From Spirochaetia bacterium (lineage in GTDB: Bacteria > Spirochaetota > Spirochaetia > DSM-27196 > Salinispiraceae), in the NCBI GenBank assembly GCA_038204425.1, contig JBBRCZ010000005.1, positions 1 to 64,000 of the forward strand: DNA of 64,000 nt. Reading direction: 5' to 3'. The notes beneath the pieces are model-generated. The model saw nothing but the letters and a program-made list of their open reading frames with translations. It ran no database searches and was not told the DNA's origin. Both the position numbers and the translations under genes were made by a program. Shown one piece after another: positions 18,078-27,800 of the stretch (position 1 is the stretch's first letter; every line of letters begins with the position of its first letter).

Positions 18078-18737
18078 TCATTTCTTGATTTCTAGATCGA
18101 CTAGCTGTACAGGAATCAACTTATAACTTGGAAAGTCGATACCAAACTGAGCGTTGGCAGCCTCAAAGTCGTTTTCAATTGTATAGGAACTAGCAAGGTA
18201 GTTTTCGTCTCTATTAATAATGATGTGACCAATATAGATTGCTCTGGCAGCCCTTGGAACTTGAGCGCTAAAGCGCATTTGATAGTCGGCAGCCAACACC
18301 GTGGTGTTTTTTGAAGTCTGCGCAGGATCACGAGCAAAGCTATCGTCGATTACTAAACCAAAACCGCGCAGATAGAGCAATTCTGTTGCTTCGGTCTTAA
18401 CTATAAAGGTCTGACCTGCCCGAATGTAGTCAACAAAGGGGTTTGTTTGAGCGGAGCCAAGCCCGGCGTTCAAAATACTGTTCTCGCTGTGGCTCGCAAA
18501 CGTCAGAATCGGATCAGTGGCGCGAACCATAGACTTAGTTTTTTTTCCAAAGGCATCAAGACTAGTTACTTCGGTGTCGTAGACGATACTCGGACTAAAC
18601 GAGACTCGCCCAACCACTAGTAAGTCTGTTGCGCTGACCTCAAGTGGGTCAACACCATTTCGCTCCTTTGGACTCACACAGGAGCCAAGGCCAATGACCA
18701 GAGCCACTGCCAGCAAGATACTTATTAAGCTTTTCAT
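18078..18737 (-). CDS. Hypothetical lipoprotein
   Basis: MKSLISILLAVALVIGLGSC lipobox; ATGA overlap with the upstream gene. Confidence 0.75.
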   Translation of the reverse strand: MKSLISILLAVALVIGLGSCVSPKERNGVDPLEVSATDLLVVGRVSFSPSIVYDTEVTSLDAFGKKTKSMVRATDPILTFASHSENSILNAGLGSAQTNPFVDYIRAGQTFIVKTEATELLYLRGFGLVIDDSFARDPAQTSKNTTVLAADYQMRFSAQVPRAARAIYIGHIIINRDENYLASSYTIENDFEAANAQFGIDFPSYKLIPVQLVDLEIKK

Positions 18738-19336
18738 TTGGTTGACTCCTGTAGGTCTTTTAGGTCGTTTAGTTCTTTAAGTCGAGCTTCAACCAGACGC
18801 TTCCATTGTGGGGTGTCATCAAGATGCGGCAACACTGACTCCAAAACATGGCTTTCGGCCAGCTCAAAGTCACCGCTGATCTCTTGCCTATAAGAATAGG
18901 AACCAACATAGTTTATACCGGGTGTAACAACCTTAAACTGTAGTTCGCTACCAGAGATACCGGGTGCGACAACGTAAGTCTCAAGCTCTTTGTCAACAGA
19001 AACTGTCCAGACGAAGTCGTAGAGCTTGTAAACTTCGCCAAGTTTGACTGCGTCAAAGAAAAAGACACGCTTGTCACCAAAGAGGCGAACATCCCGTTTT
19101 GGGACAATTCTTTGACCGATAGATGGCTGCACTTTGACAAACGACATCGAACTTGGCCCCTGTTTGACACCAAAATCGCTGGTCATTACGTCTACAGAAC
19201 CTATTACTAGAACCGGGTTAGTTTCAGACTGATCAAGAAGAATACTGTCTGAACCGTGAGTATCGCTCATGCCACCGGCAAAGACTGTACTTAGAAAGAG
19301 ACCTGACAGAACGAGAATAAGCACCAATTTTTTCAT
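18734..19336 (-). CDS. Hypothetical exported protein
   Basis: AAGGAGG RBS before ATG 19336; signal peptide MKKLVLILVLSGLFLSTVFA. Confidence 0.75.
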   Translation of the reverse strand: MKKLVLILVLSGLFLSTVFAGGMSDTHGSDSILLDQSETNPVLVIGSVDVMTSDFGVKQGPSSMSFVKVQPSIGQRIVPKRDVRLFGDKRVFFFDAVKLGEVYKLYDFVWTVSVDKELETYVVAPGISGSELQFKVVTPGINYVGSYSYRQEISGDFELAESHVLESVLPHLDDTPQWKRLVEARLKELNDLKDLQESTK

Positions 19337-19459
19337 GGCACCTCCTTTTTTATTTATAAGAGCATTTTTGCCAAATAAATATTTATTAAATCTAAGATCG
19401 CTAAATATTCCAAAAACGACAAGCAGAAGCACTATTTGCGACTAGTTTTCAGAATGCGC

Positions 19460-19488
19460 TTGCCCGTATATGGCTGCTTTTGTATATT
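19460..19488 (+). promoter_or_regulatory. Putative sigma-70 promoter of htpG
   Basis: TTGCCC-N17-TATATT. Confidence 0.5.
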
Positions 19489-19539
19489 TAACAGCAAACA
19501 AAATACCAACGCGCCGCACCGCTGGAGGAACGAGCAATC

Positions 19540-21411
19540 ATGGCCCAACACCAATTTCAAACCGAAGTCAGCCAACTTCTGCAACTCATTATTCATTCTT
19601 TGTATAGCCACAAGGAAATATTTTTACGTGAACTTATCAGCAACTCTTCTGACGCCTTAGACAAGTTCAAGTATCTGACCTTAACTGATCCCACATTTAA
19701 GGAATCTAAGTGGCACGGAGAGATCGAACTGCGTTTTTCTGAGAACGATCCCAAGACGCTAGAAATTAGCGACAACGGCATAGGAATGTCTGAAGCCGAA
19801 TTGATCGAACATCTTGGAACTATTGCAAAGTCCGGCACCAAGAGCTTTTTGTCAAAACTTTCTGGCGATGCCAAAAGAGACTCCAATCTGATTGGTCAAT
19901 TTGGGGTTGGTTTCTACTCAGCCTTTATGGTCGCCGACAAGATAGACGTTATTAGTCGCAAGGCAGGCGAAGACAAAGCATCCAAGTGGTCAAGCGACGG
20001 CAAGGGTGGCTTTGAGGTAACTGCTGCAGAACGAGCCGGTCAAGGTACAACCGTTGTATTGCACCTCAATGAAGAAGGCCACGAATACGCGAGCCGATGG
20101 ACTGTTCAAGAGCTCATCAAAAAGTACTCAGACCATATCGCCTTTCCTATTTTCCTCAATTACGAAAAGGTGGAACATGACGACAAGGGCAAAGAAAAAG
20201 GTCGCACACCAACTCGTGAGCAGGTCAACAATGCCAGTGCACTTTGGAAGCGCTCCAAGTCAGATCTCAAAGACGAAGACTACAAGGAATTCTATAAAAC
20301 AATTAGTCACGACTATGAAGATCCACTGTTTTGGATGCATACCCAAGCAGAAGGCAGCTTAGAGTATTCAACCCTGTTCTTTATTCCAAAGAAGGCCCCC
20401 GCTGACATGAACTACGCCGACTACAAGCCAGGTGTTAAACTCTACGTCAAACGGGTTTTTATCACCGACGATGACAAGGAACTTTTGCCAAGCTGGCTGC
20501 GCTTTGTACGCGGAGTAATTGACAGCGAAGACTTGCCGCTCAACGTTAGCCGCGAAATTTTGCAACAAAACAAAGTTATGGCCAATATTCGCAACGCTTC
20601 CGTCAAAAAGATACTTGGCGAATTTGCCAGAATTAGCCTCGAAGACCCAGAGATGTACAAAACCTTTGCCGCGAGTTTCAATCGCCCGCTCAAAGAAGGT
20701 TTGTACGGCGACTTTGCCAACAAAGAAGCCCTACTCGAGTTGGTTCGCTTTAAATCTAGCAAAGTTGATGGTCTCACCTCCTTAACTGACTACAAAACTA
20801 GGATGTTGAACGACCAAAAGGCAATTTACTACATCTCAGGAGGCGACGAGTCAAAACTACGTGCCTCGCCACTCTTGGAAGCCTATCGCAAGAAAGACAT
20901 TGAAGTTCTGATTATGGACGACGAGATAGATGAAATTGTTGTGCCTTCAATTGGCAAGTACAAAGAACTGGAGCTCAAGCCGGTCAACCGAGCCGATGCA
21001 GGCGAAGATCTCAAGAACGAAAAAGACGAAAAGAAGGAAAAAGACCTTGCGCCGGTAATCGAGAAGATCAAAAAATCCTTGGGCGAACGTGTAAAAGACG
21101 TCAAGGCAAGTGTTAGATTGTCCGACAGTCCCAGCTGCATCGTCGTAGACCAAAACGATCCTACTTACCAAATGCAGGCTATGATGAAAACCATGGGCCG
21201 TGGCATGGAAATGCCAGAGATCAAGCCAATTTTAGAAATAAACTTGGAGCACAAGATAGTTGCAGGGCTGCTAAATGTAGAGGATCAAGAACGAATAGAC
21301 GACGTTTCTGGCCTGCTTCTTGACCAAGCGATGTTGATGGAAGGTGTTGAACTCAAAGACGCTGCCGGCTTTGTTCAGCGTCTCAACCGAGTTGTGTCGA
21401 GCACCTTTTAG
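19540..21411 (+). CDS. htpG: Molecular chaperone HtpG (Hsp90)
   Basis: YSHKEIFLRELISNSSDA, IGQFGVGFYS, DSEDLPLNVSRE. Confidence 0.98.
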   Translation: MAQHQFQTEVSQLLQLIIHSLYSHKEIFLRELISNSSDALDKFKYLTLTDPTFKESKWHGEIELRFSENDPKTLEISDNGIGMSEAELIEHLGTIAKSGTKSFLSKLSGDAKRDSNLIGQFGVGFYSAFMVADKIDVISRKAGEDKASKWSSDGKGGFEVTAAERAGQGTTVVLHLNEEGHEYASRWTVQELIKKYSDHIAFPIFLNYEKVEHDDKGKEKGRTPTREQVNNASALWKRSKSDLKDEDYKEFYKTISHDYEDPLFWMHTQAEGSLEYSTLFFIPKKAPADMNYADYKPGVKLYVKRVFITDDDKELLPSWLRFVRGVIDSEDLPLNVSREILQQNKVMANIRNASVKKILGEFARISLEDPEMYKTFAASFNRPLKEGLYGDFANKEALLELVRFKSSKVDGLTSLTDYKTRMLNDQKAIYYISGGDESKLRASPLLEAYRKKDIEVLIMDDEIDEIVVPSIGKYKELELKPVNRADAGEDLKNEKDEKKEKDLAPVIEKIKKSLGERVKDVKASVRLSDSPSCIVVDQNDPTYQMQAMMKTMGRGMEMPEIKPILEINLEHKIVAGLLNVEDQERIDDVSGLLLDQAMLMEGVELKDAAGFVQRLNRVVSSTF

Positions 21412-21430
21412 GCGACCGGTAGCAAAAAAA

Positions 21431-22927
21431 TTATTTGCTGCTCTGATGAAACTCAACGATCAGGGCGCTTGCATCTTCGCCGGCAGCATCCGTAGGCTGT
21501 CGGCGTTTTTCTATTAGCGCCTCAAGCGTATCTTGGATTGGATTGCCAAGAAATTTGAGGCCTATCGAACCGCACATGTCAAGTGCGTTGCTGAGATTGC
21601 CGTTTTCTTCCCTATTTATTCTTGTCAAAAATCCGTCAGAGAAGAGCATCAGTCTTTCGCCTGGCACCAAGGCTCCTGCAGCAGCTTGATAGATGGCTTG
21701 TTCAAAAACACCAATCGCTGGACTATTGCCAATCTTTACTTGCGATGCTCCCTTAAGGCCAAGCAAAACGGCCGAGGGGTGCCCAGCATGAACTATCTGA
21801 TAGCTTCCATCACGACGGTCAATTACGCCTAAAACTATCGAGAAGTAGCGCGTGTTGCTTTCGCGGCGTTGGTACTTTTTATTGAGTTTTTCCAATATCG
21901 TCGCGGGAGAAAAATCTCTCGACTGTTCAACACTTTGCTTGAGTTCTTGCTCGCAATTGGACCTGATAACCTCGTGCAACATACAGGCGAGCATAGCGGA
22001 CATAGTGCCGTGTCCCATTACATCGAGCAGATAAAATACTGCCCTGTCCTCATCAATGTCAAATACATCGTAAATGTCGCCCGAACCACTCTCGCTTGGC
22101 AACACAACGCCATCGATTGAAAAGTGAGGAAAAAAGGTCGTGTTTTGGGGCAAGAGCGACATCAGTTCGTTGTTGATATCGCTTCCAATATGCTCCATGA
22201 GCTTTCGCTCACGCGGGTCAATATCCTCTAACAAGAGCAAAGTTCCTGGACGGGTGTGCTGATCCTGTGGCAACAATTCTTTGCGGACATGCAAGTTTAG
22301 TACCGCGCCGTCGTGCCCAACCCAAGGCAATCTAAAAAAGGTGCGCAAGGCTTCTCGCTTCCAACTATCGTCAAGCAAGTGTTCTTGAAAGTACGTTCCG
22401 GTCAACGGATGGCCTGGTTCTTCGTTGAGTATCTGACGGGCCGCTGGGTTTACAGCCCTAATAATTTGGTCGGCATCCAAGAGAATCGCCGCCGAATAGA
22501 GGGCATTGATGATGGTACTGCCTAAGTTTGCTTGATTGTCCTGTGCTTGGCTTGGCATAAGCTTAGAAAGCGCAAGCTCGATATGGATTTGCAACTGTTT
22601 GGGATCTACCGGTTTGAGCAAGTAGGCAATTGGCTCGGTCTTGATAGCACGGTCTAACATTTCTGGTGTGGAAAAGGCACTCATGTAAATAATTGCCGCT
22701 TGGGAAATTGACTTGATGCGACCGACAACTTCTATACCATCGGTAAATCCTTTAAGCCTAATGTCCATCAATATTAGGTCAGGCTTGTGCCGAAGCACTT
22801 CTTCCATAACTTGATCTCCACAGTTTACCACTTCAGGAACCTGGTACCCCAGTGCGAGTAAGCTTTCACGCAGTTCAAGTCCGACCAAGGGCTCGTCTTC
22901 CACAACTAAAATTACTGCTTTTTCCAT
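21431..22927 (-). CDS. Response regulator: REC + PAS-like + SpoIIE/PP2C phosphatase
   Basis: VVEDE..DLILMDI..LLKP receiver; SGDIYD, LLDVMGHG, HAGHP, FSDG phosphatase motifs. Confidence 0.88.
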   Translation of the reverse strand: MEKAVILVVEDEPLVGLELRESLLALGYQVPEVVNCGDQVMEEVLRHKPDLILMDIRLKGFTDGIEVVGRIKSISQAAIIYMSAFSTPEMLDRAIKTEPIAYLLKPVDPKQLQIHIELALSKLMPSQAQDNQANLGSTIINALYSAAILLDADQIIRAVNPAARQILNEEPGHPLTGTYFQEHLLDDSWKREALRTFFRLPWVGHDGAVLNLHVRKELLPQDQHTRPGTLLLLEDIDPRERKLMEHIGSDINNELMSLLPQNTTFFPHFSIDGVVLPSESGSGDIYDVFDIDEDRAVFYLLDVMGHGTMSAMLACMLHEVIRSNCEQELKQSVEQSRDFSPATILEKLNKKYQRRESNTRYFSIVLGVIDRRDGSYQIVHAGHPSAVLLGLKGASQVKIGNSPAIGVFEQAIYQAAAGALVPGERLMLFSDGFLTRINREENGNLSNALDMCGSIGLKFLGNPIQDTLEALIEKRRQPTDAAGEDASALIVEFHQSSK

Positions 22928-23034
22928 TTTGCCTAACCTCTTGAGAAACAAGTCAAACTAGAGCATGTGACAGATAGACTGGCATATATCCGATTTCGCT
23001 TTTTGGCAAGCAAAAAATGAAAAAAACGACCCAT

Positions 23035-23478
23035 TTAGTCATCTGCCCACCATGGCGGTCGAATACTGCCTTGATCATAGAGCTCTTCTCTAAAAGTAAA
23101 TAGCATTCCCAAATTGATAAGACTCCCATCGTAGAGTATCAAAAACTCACGCGGGTCAACAATTACTCCATTTATCAAAATGTCCCATCGACTTGGGTCA
23201 AAGGGACCATACGCCAAATACCAAGGACCATCAGCGCCAGGAAAGTCCTGCCCTGCTATCGTCCGTCGTTGGATGCTAACCTTGCGTGCCCATATCGAAA
23301 CCTTACTTTGATCAGGTAAAACTCGCAAAAGACCAGGTTGTTGCTTAAGTATTGTCAGGACCTGCTTGGCATCAAGCCAACGAAGTCCAGGCCATTCGCT
23401 TGCGGCACTAGTTTGGGCAGCTAACAAATTTGGTAGAGTAAAGACAAAGATAAGTATCGCTACGTGCATCCTGAGCAT
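23035..23478 (-). CDS. Hypothetical exported protein
   Basis: 147-aa ORF with signal-peptide-like N-terminus; no recognisable motif. Confidence 0.55.
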   Translation of the reverse strand: MLRMHVAILIFVFTLPNLLAAQTSAASEWPGLRWLDAKQVLTILKQQPGLLRVLPDQSKVSIWARKVSIQRRTIAGQDFPGADGPWYLAYGPFDPSRWDILINGVIVDPREFLILYDGSLINLGMLFTFREELYDQGSIRPPWWADD

Positions 23479-23618
23479 TACTAAACTATCGGTAGTTAAA
23501 CAGGATCACTTTTACAAAAGTTTGACGTACACAAAACCAAAAAAATAGTATAAAATTACTACTAGTATATGCTGATCTCGGATCTTGTTCTATTTTTGAA
23601 GACAGAGGAAGGTAAAAA

Positions 23619-23906
23619 ATGCCGATTGATTCATTAAATGAATCACTGCGTCCAGCGGTGACCAAGGTAGTAGAAGCGCTAAAAGCCGCGGGTGCCAGTG
23701 AAGCCCACGTATACGGTGCGAGCCTTAGTGGCTTTAAGTCTGGTGATGATATTTTGATTGCTGTTGCGGGTCTTGATGACGACCATTTACTCAAAGTAAC
23801 CGGCCGTTTGATGATGGACCAGAAGATTGGCGTAGACCTCTGTAGAAGCGATGACAGTGCGGGTCCTTTTGCCAGCGCCGGATCCAACGGCGAAAAAGTC
23901 CTTTAG
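23619..23906 (+). CDS. Small MNT-like nucleotidyltransferase-fold protein with degenerate active site
   Basis: ALKAAGASEAHVYGA..DDILIAVAGL..GRLMM..VDL resembles the MNT pattern; RBS present; followed by a terminator. Confidence 0.55.
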   Translation: MPIDSLNESLRPAVTKVVEALKAAGASEAHVYGASLSGFKSGDDILIAVAGLDDDHLLKVTGRLMMDQKIGVDLCRSDDSAGPFASAGSNGEKVL

Positions 23907-23938
23907 TTAAGTAGTTTGGTTCCAAGCACCTAAAATAC

Positions 23939-23969
23939 AAAAAGCAGCCCCTCGTGGAGCTGCTTTTTT
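23939..23969. terminator. Bidirectional intrinsic terminator
   Basis: AAAAAGCAGC...GCTGCTTTTTT between convergent genes. Confidence 0.8.
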
Positions 23970-23986
23970 ATTTGGCTAAATTTTAC

Positions 23987-25201
23987 TCAGCCTAGTTTTT
24001 TGTCCAAGACTGCCGCTATAGCCTTGATAAAATCCAAGGAATTGAGCGTTTCTTTGGCGGCTGGAACTGCCAAGCGGGCCAAGTCTCCAGTCATGCTGCC
24101 ACTTTCAATTACTTCCAAACTTGCCTGCTCAAGAAGATCTGCATAACGCTTTAGCTCTGGAAGATTGTCGAGTTCTGCCCGTTTGCGAAAGGCACCTGAC
24201 CAAGCAAAAATAAGTGCGATTGGGTTAGTGCTGGTCTTTTGGCCCTTGAGATGACGATAGTAGTGTTGTTGAACCGTGCCGTGAGCGGCCTCGTATTCAA
24301 AGTGCCCGTCTGGCGAAACTAGAACACTGGTCATCATAGCAAGCGATCCAAAGGTAGACGCCACCATGTCCGACATTACGTCGCCATCGTAGTTCTTGCA
24401 GGCCCACAAAAAGCCACCGTTGCTCTTCATAACACGCGCAACTGCATCATCTATTAAGTAGTAGCCATATTGAATGTCGGCTGCCTTAAATCTGGCATCA
24501 AATTCCTCAGCATAAATCCGGTTAAAAATGTCTTTAAATCGACCATCGTAAATCTTAGAAATAGTATCCTTGGTGCCAAACCAAATATCCACTTTTTCGT
24601 CCAAGGCATAGAGGCAGCAGGCTCGGGCAAAGCTCTCCATACTCTTGTCTATATTGTGCATGCCTTGAATAATACCGGGTCCATTGAAGTCATGAATCAG
24701 TTTTCTGACTTCTTTGCCATCAGCACCAGTAAAAACCAGTTCTGCCTTACCGGCACCTGGAATTGCAATTTCGGCATTTTTGTAGACATCACCATAGGCA
24801 TGTCGACCAAGAATGATAGGCTTGGTCCATGCTGGAATCGAGGGCTTTACATTGGAAACTATAATTGGCTTGCGAAAGACTGTTCCGTCCAAAATTGCTC
24901 GTACGGTAGCATTTGGGCTGGGCAGCAGACTCTTGAGATCGTATTCTTTTACGCGCTCATTGTTAGCAGTAATGGTTGCACACTTTACGCCAACGCCATA
25001 TTTTTTTATGGCCTCGGCAGACGCAAAGGTAACTTTGTCGTCGCTGTCATCGCGCGCCTTCAATCCCAAGTCATAGTAGTCGACCTTGAGGTCCACGTAA
25101 GGGAGTATCAACAGATTCTTAAGGTCAGCCCAAAGCACCCTCGTCATTTCATCGCCATCGAGTTCGACAAGCGGAGTTTTCATTGCAATTTTAGTAGCCA
25201 T
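23987..25201 (-). CDS. icd: NADP-dependent isocitrate dehydrogenase
   Basis: [33 protein letters not shown]. Confidence 0.96.
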   Translation of the reverse strand: MATKIAMKTPLVELDGDEMTRVLWADLKNLLILPYVDLKVDYYDLGLKARDDSDDKVTFASAEAIKKYGVGVKCATITANNERVKEYDLKSLLPSPNATVRAILDGTVFRKPIIVSNVKPSIPAWTKPIILGRHAYGDVYKNAEIAIPGAGKAELVFTGADGKEVRKLIHDFNGPGIIQGMHNIDKSMESFARACCLYALDEKVDIWFGTKDTISKIYDGRFKDIFNRIYAEEFDARFKAADIQYGYYLIDDAVARVMKSNGGFLWACKNYDGDVMSDMVASTFGSLAMMTSVLVSPDGHFEYEAAHGTVQQHYYRHLKGQKTSTNPIALIFAWSGAFRKRAELDNLPELKRYADLLEQASLEVIESGSMTGDLARLAVPAAKETLNSLDFIKAIAAVLDKKLG

Positions 25202-25279
25202 GCGTTTTCCTTTCGATTCTTATTGTATAGTAAAATTATCAGAATAGAACCTATCGCAGAGTTATTTATCGCTCAAGAG

Positions 25280-26371
25280 CTATTTTTTTTCTGTGGAACC
25301 CGGGCCATCTGACTTCTTTTTGAGCCTAATCGTATGCAGTTTTCCCGAACCTGAACCCGAGCCCGATCTGGATCCTGGCTTTGTTCGCGAGCTATCACTC
25401 CGTGGTCCTCGACTCGGACGGTCCGATTGTTGACCGCGACCAGGGCCGCTGCGTTGGCGACTTTCCCGTCCTTCCTTAACTGTGGCGGCATGGACCTGCT
25501 GGCTGCGCACTGATGGACCACGACGGGCGGCCTGTGCACCTTGTGCGGGAGCAAAATAGTACATAAAGACGGCTGCTGCTTGAGCGACGTTGAGCGACTC
25601 AACAAGGCCAGCACCATCAATTCGAGCAGAAAGTATACACGCGGCTTTGACTGCCTTGGACAAGCCATACTCCTCGTTTCCCATTACCAAGGCAATTGCA
25701 GAACCTTGCACCCGACCAGTGCTGCTGTCTGCACCTGGTAAAAGCGCAATACGACCTTGTAATTGTCGCAACTCGTCACGACTATATTGATCGGCAGCTA
25801 TACCCAAGACCGAGGGAGTACCGCCAAAAGGATAGGCCTTTAAGAACTCAGCGGCATCGGCATGTCGCCACAAAGTCACGTGCTCAAGACCCCCTTCGGC
25901 CGTTCTAAACAGCGAAGAAGTAATTGGATTGTTGCTCTTGTCTTCGCGGCCGCAAATCAAGATGTCTTTTATGCCCAAGTAAGCTGCAGTACGAACCATA
26001 GTGCCCAAGTTGTGGTTGTTTGCCACGGCATCGAGAATAAGTACCGTCCGATTCTCGCTGCTCCACTTTTCTACGTCGTTCTTCTGCAGGTACGCCGGCA
26101 TTGGTACGCGGATAGCCGCAGCAATACCTTGATGGTGCACGCTCTCGCTGATGCGTTCTAGTTCTTTGTCGTCTACCATACGATAAATCTTGCGTTGTTC
26201 GGCCAACTTTGCGCAGGTTCTGCCGAGATCGGGGGCTAGGTCTTTGTTAAAAAAAAGGCGCTCGACTTGGGTGATACGGTTTTGCAGCACTGCCATAACA
26301 GCTTTACGACCACAAATTGTAAGTTCAATTTCTTGTTTATTTTCCACCAGCAGACGATAGCACAGAGTCAA
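25280..26371 (-). CDS. TrmH/SpoU family RNA methyltransferase with low-complexity C-terminal tail (start uncertain)
   Basis: HHQGIAA, NLGTMVRTA, MGNEEYGL, VESLNVAQA. Confidence 0.9.
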   Translation of the reverse strand: MTLCYRLLVENKQEIELTICGRKAVMAVLQNRITQVERLFFNKDLAPDLGRTCAKLAEQRKIYRMVDDKELERISESVHHQGIAAAIRVPMPAYLQKNDVEKWSSENRTVLILDAVANNHNLGTMVRTAAYLGIKDILICGREDKSNNPITSSLFRTAEGGLEHVTLWRHADAAEFLKAYPFGGTPSVLGIAADQYSRDELRQLQGRIALLPGADSSTGRVQGSAIALVMGNEEYGLSKAVKAACILSARIDGAGLVESLNVAQAAAVFMYYFAPAQGAQAARRGPSVRSQQVHAATVKEGRESRQRSGPGRGQQSDRPSRGPRSDSSRTKPGSRSGSGSGSGKLHTIRLKKKSDGPGSTEKK

Positions 26372-26428
26372 GCTTTACTACCATATGTCGCTATCAAGAA
26401 CCAATCCTGACAACTAAAGTCATCATTT

Positions 26429-26472
26429 CCTTGACCTAGGTCAAGGCGCGTAACATAGACCCGCCCTATGAT
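26429..26472 (+). promoter_or_regulatory. CRP/FNR-type site and class II promoter of the nitrate operon
   Basis: Perfect 18-bp palindrome CCTTGACCTAGGTCAAGG (26429-26446); -10 TATGAT at 26467-26472. Confidence 0.75.
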
Positions 26473-26491
26473 CGAACTAAAGAGGTCAAGC

Positions 26492-27796
26492 ATGATGGAT
26501 ACAACAGCGACACGTTTCAAAGGCAGTCCTAGTCAAGGATTGGCCGCCGGCACGATAGCCTTCTTTATTGGCCTGGCATCAGTGGCACTATTTGGACCGA
26601 CTGCCAAAAAGCTCAACCAAACCTTGCTGCTTGAGCCTGCCATGTTAGGCTTCTTGATAGCGATCCCGTCATTGACAGGATCGCTTTTACGCATCCCATT
26701 TGGTGCTTGGGTTGATCGCATTGGTGGAAGAATTCCAAACCTGATCCTGTTACTGACATCGCTTTTTGGCATGATCGGTTTGGCTATCGGTTTTGTTACC
26801 GACCAAGCAAGCTTCTGGTGGCTGACTATTTTTGGCGCCATTGCTGGTTCAGGGATCGCCACCTTTTCTGTAGGTATAGGGCAAGTTTCGTACTGGTACC
26901 CAAAGGCTCGTCAAGGTACAGCACTCGGACTTTACGCCGGCATCGCCAACACCAGCCCTGGCATAGTTTCGTTTCTAATTCCATTGGCTTTGACCAGCAT
27001 TGGCTTGGTAAATACCTATCTAGTTTGGCTTGGTTTCCTTGCAATGGGAATAGTGGTCTACTTTTTATTAGCTCAAGATGCCTGGTACTTCCAATTGCGC
27101 AAAGCAGGCAAGAGCGTAGAGCAGGCCAAATTTGAGGCAGCCCAACAGGGCCAAGAACTTTTTCCATCTGGCAAAGTAATCCAAAGTCTCAAGACGTCGG
27201 CCAGTTATTGGCAAACTTGGGTCTTGGTTGTTATCTACTTTACCACTTTTGGTGGCTTCCTTGCCTTAACGGCTTGGTTTCCAAGCTTTTGGCAGGGATT
27301 GTACCAGATTGACCTAGTGACAGCAGGCATCTTGACGGCCATTTTCTCGGTAGGGGCCAGTTTGGTCAGAGCTGGTTCTGGTTTTGTCACCGACCGACTT
27401 GGAGGCGAAAAGTCGGCCTTGCTGGCGCTATCAATCGTGACGGTCGGTGCCTTTATTATTATGTTAGTTCCTCTCCTGCCAGCCGCTGTGCTTGGCATGG
27501 TCTTGATTGCCGTCGGTATGGGCATGAACAATGCGGCAACATTTAAAATTGTTGCGGCCGTTATGCCTAACGCTATGGGAGGAGCAAGCGGTTGGATAGG
27601 CGGTCTCGGCGCACTTGGCGGCTTTGTTTACCCAATAGTAATGTCAAATTTTTTACACAAAGGACTTGAGAACGACAGCGGCTACAACCAAGGCTATATC
27701 ATATTTATAATATCAGGCTTACTATCAATTGCCTTACTGCTGGCGCTGATGACTGTCAGCAAGACCATTCAACACAAGCAAAAAAAGCAAGGATAG
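26492..27796 (+). CDS. narK: NarK/Nrt-type nitrate/nitrite MFS transporter
   Basis: GSLLRIPFG, nitrate-signature-like GSGIATFSVGI..WYP..QGTALGLYAG, YFTTFGGF; upstream of the nitrate reductase; start after GAGG. Confidence 0.85.
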   Translation: MMDTTATRFKGSPSQGLAAGTIAFFIGLASVALFGPTAKKLNQTLLLEPAMLGFLIAIPSLTGSLLRIPFGAWVDRIGGRIPNLILLLTSLFGMIGLAIGFVTDQASFWWLTIFGAIAGSGIATFSVGIGQVSYWYPKARQGTALGLYAGIANTSPGIVSFLIPLALTSIGLVNTYLVWLGFLAMGIVVYFLLAQDAWYFQLRKAGKSVEQAKFEAAQQGQELFPSGKVIQSLKTSASYWQTWVLVVIYFTTFGGFLALTAWFPSFWQGLYQIDLVTAGILTAIFSVGASLVRAGSGFVTDRLGGEKSALLALSIVTVGAFIIMLVPLLPAAVLGMVLIAVGMGMNNAATFKIVAAVMPNAMGGASGWIGGLGALGGFVYPIVMSNFLHKGLENDSGYNQGYIIFIISGLLSIALLLALMTVSKTIQHKQKKQG

Positions 27797-27800
27797 TGTC

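Noticed and set aside
19427..19453. Possible CIRCE element before htpG
   Set aside because: Only a partial left arm (AGCACT); no matching right arm.
24470..25312. 280-aa plus-strand ORF
   Set aside because: Antisense shadow of icd.
25340..25460. Ser/Gly/Arg-rich repeats at the methyltransferase 3' end
   Set aside because: Low-complexity coding tail, not a DNA repeat element.
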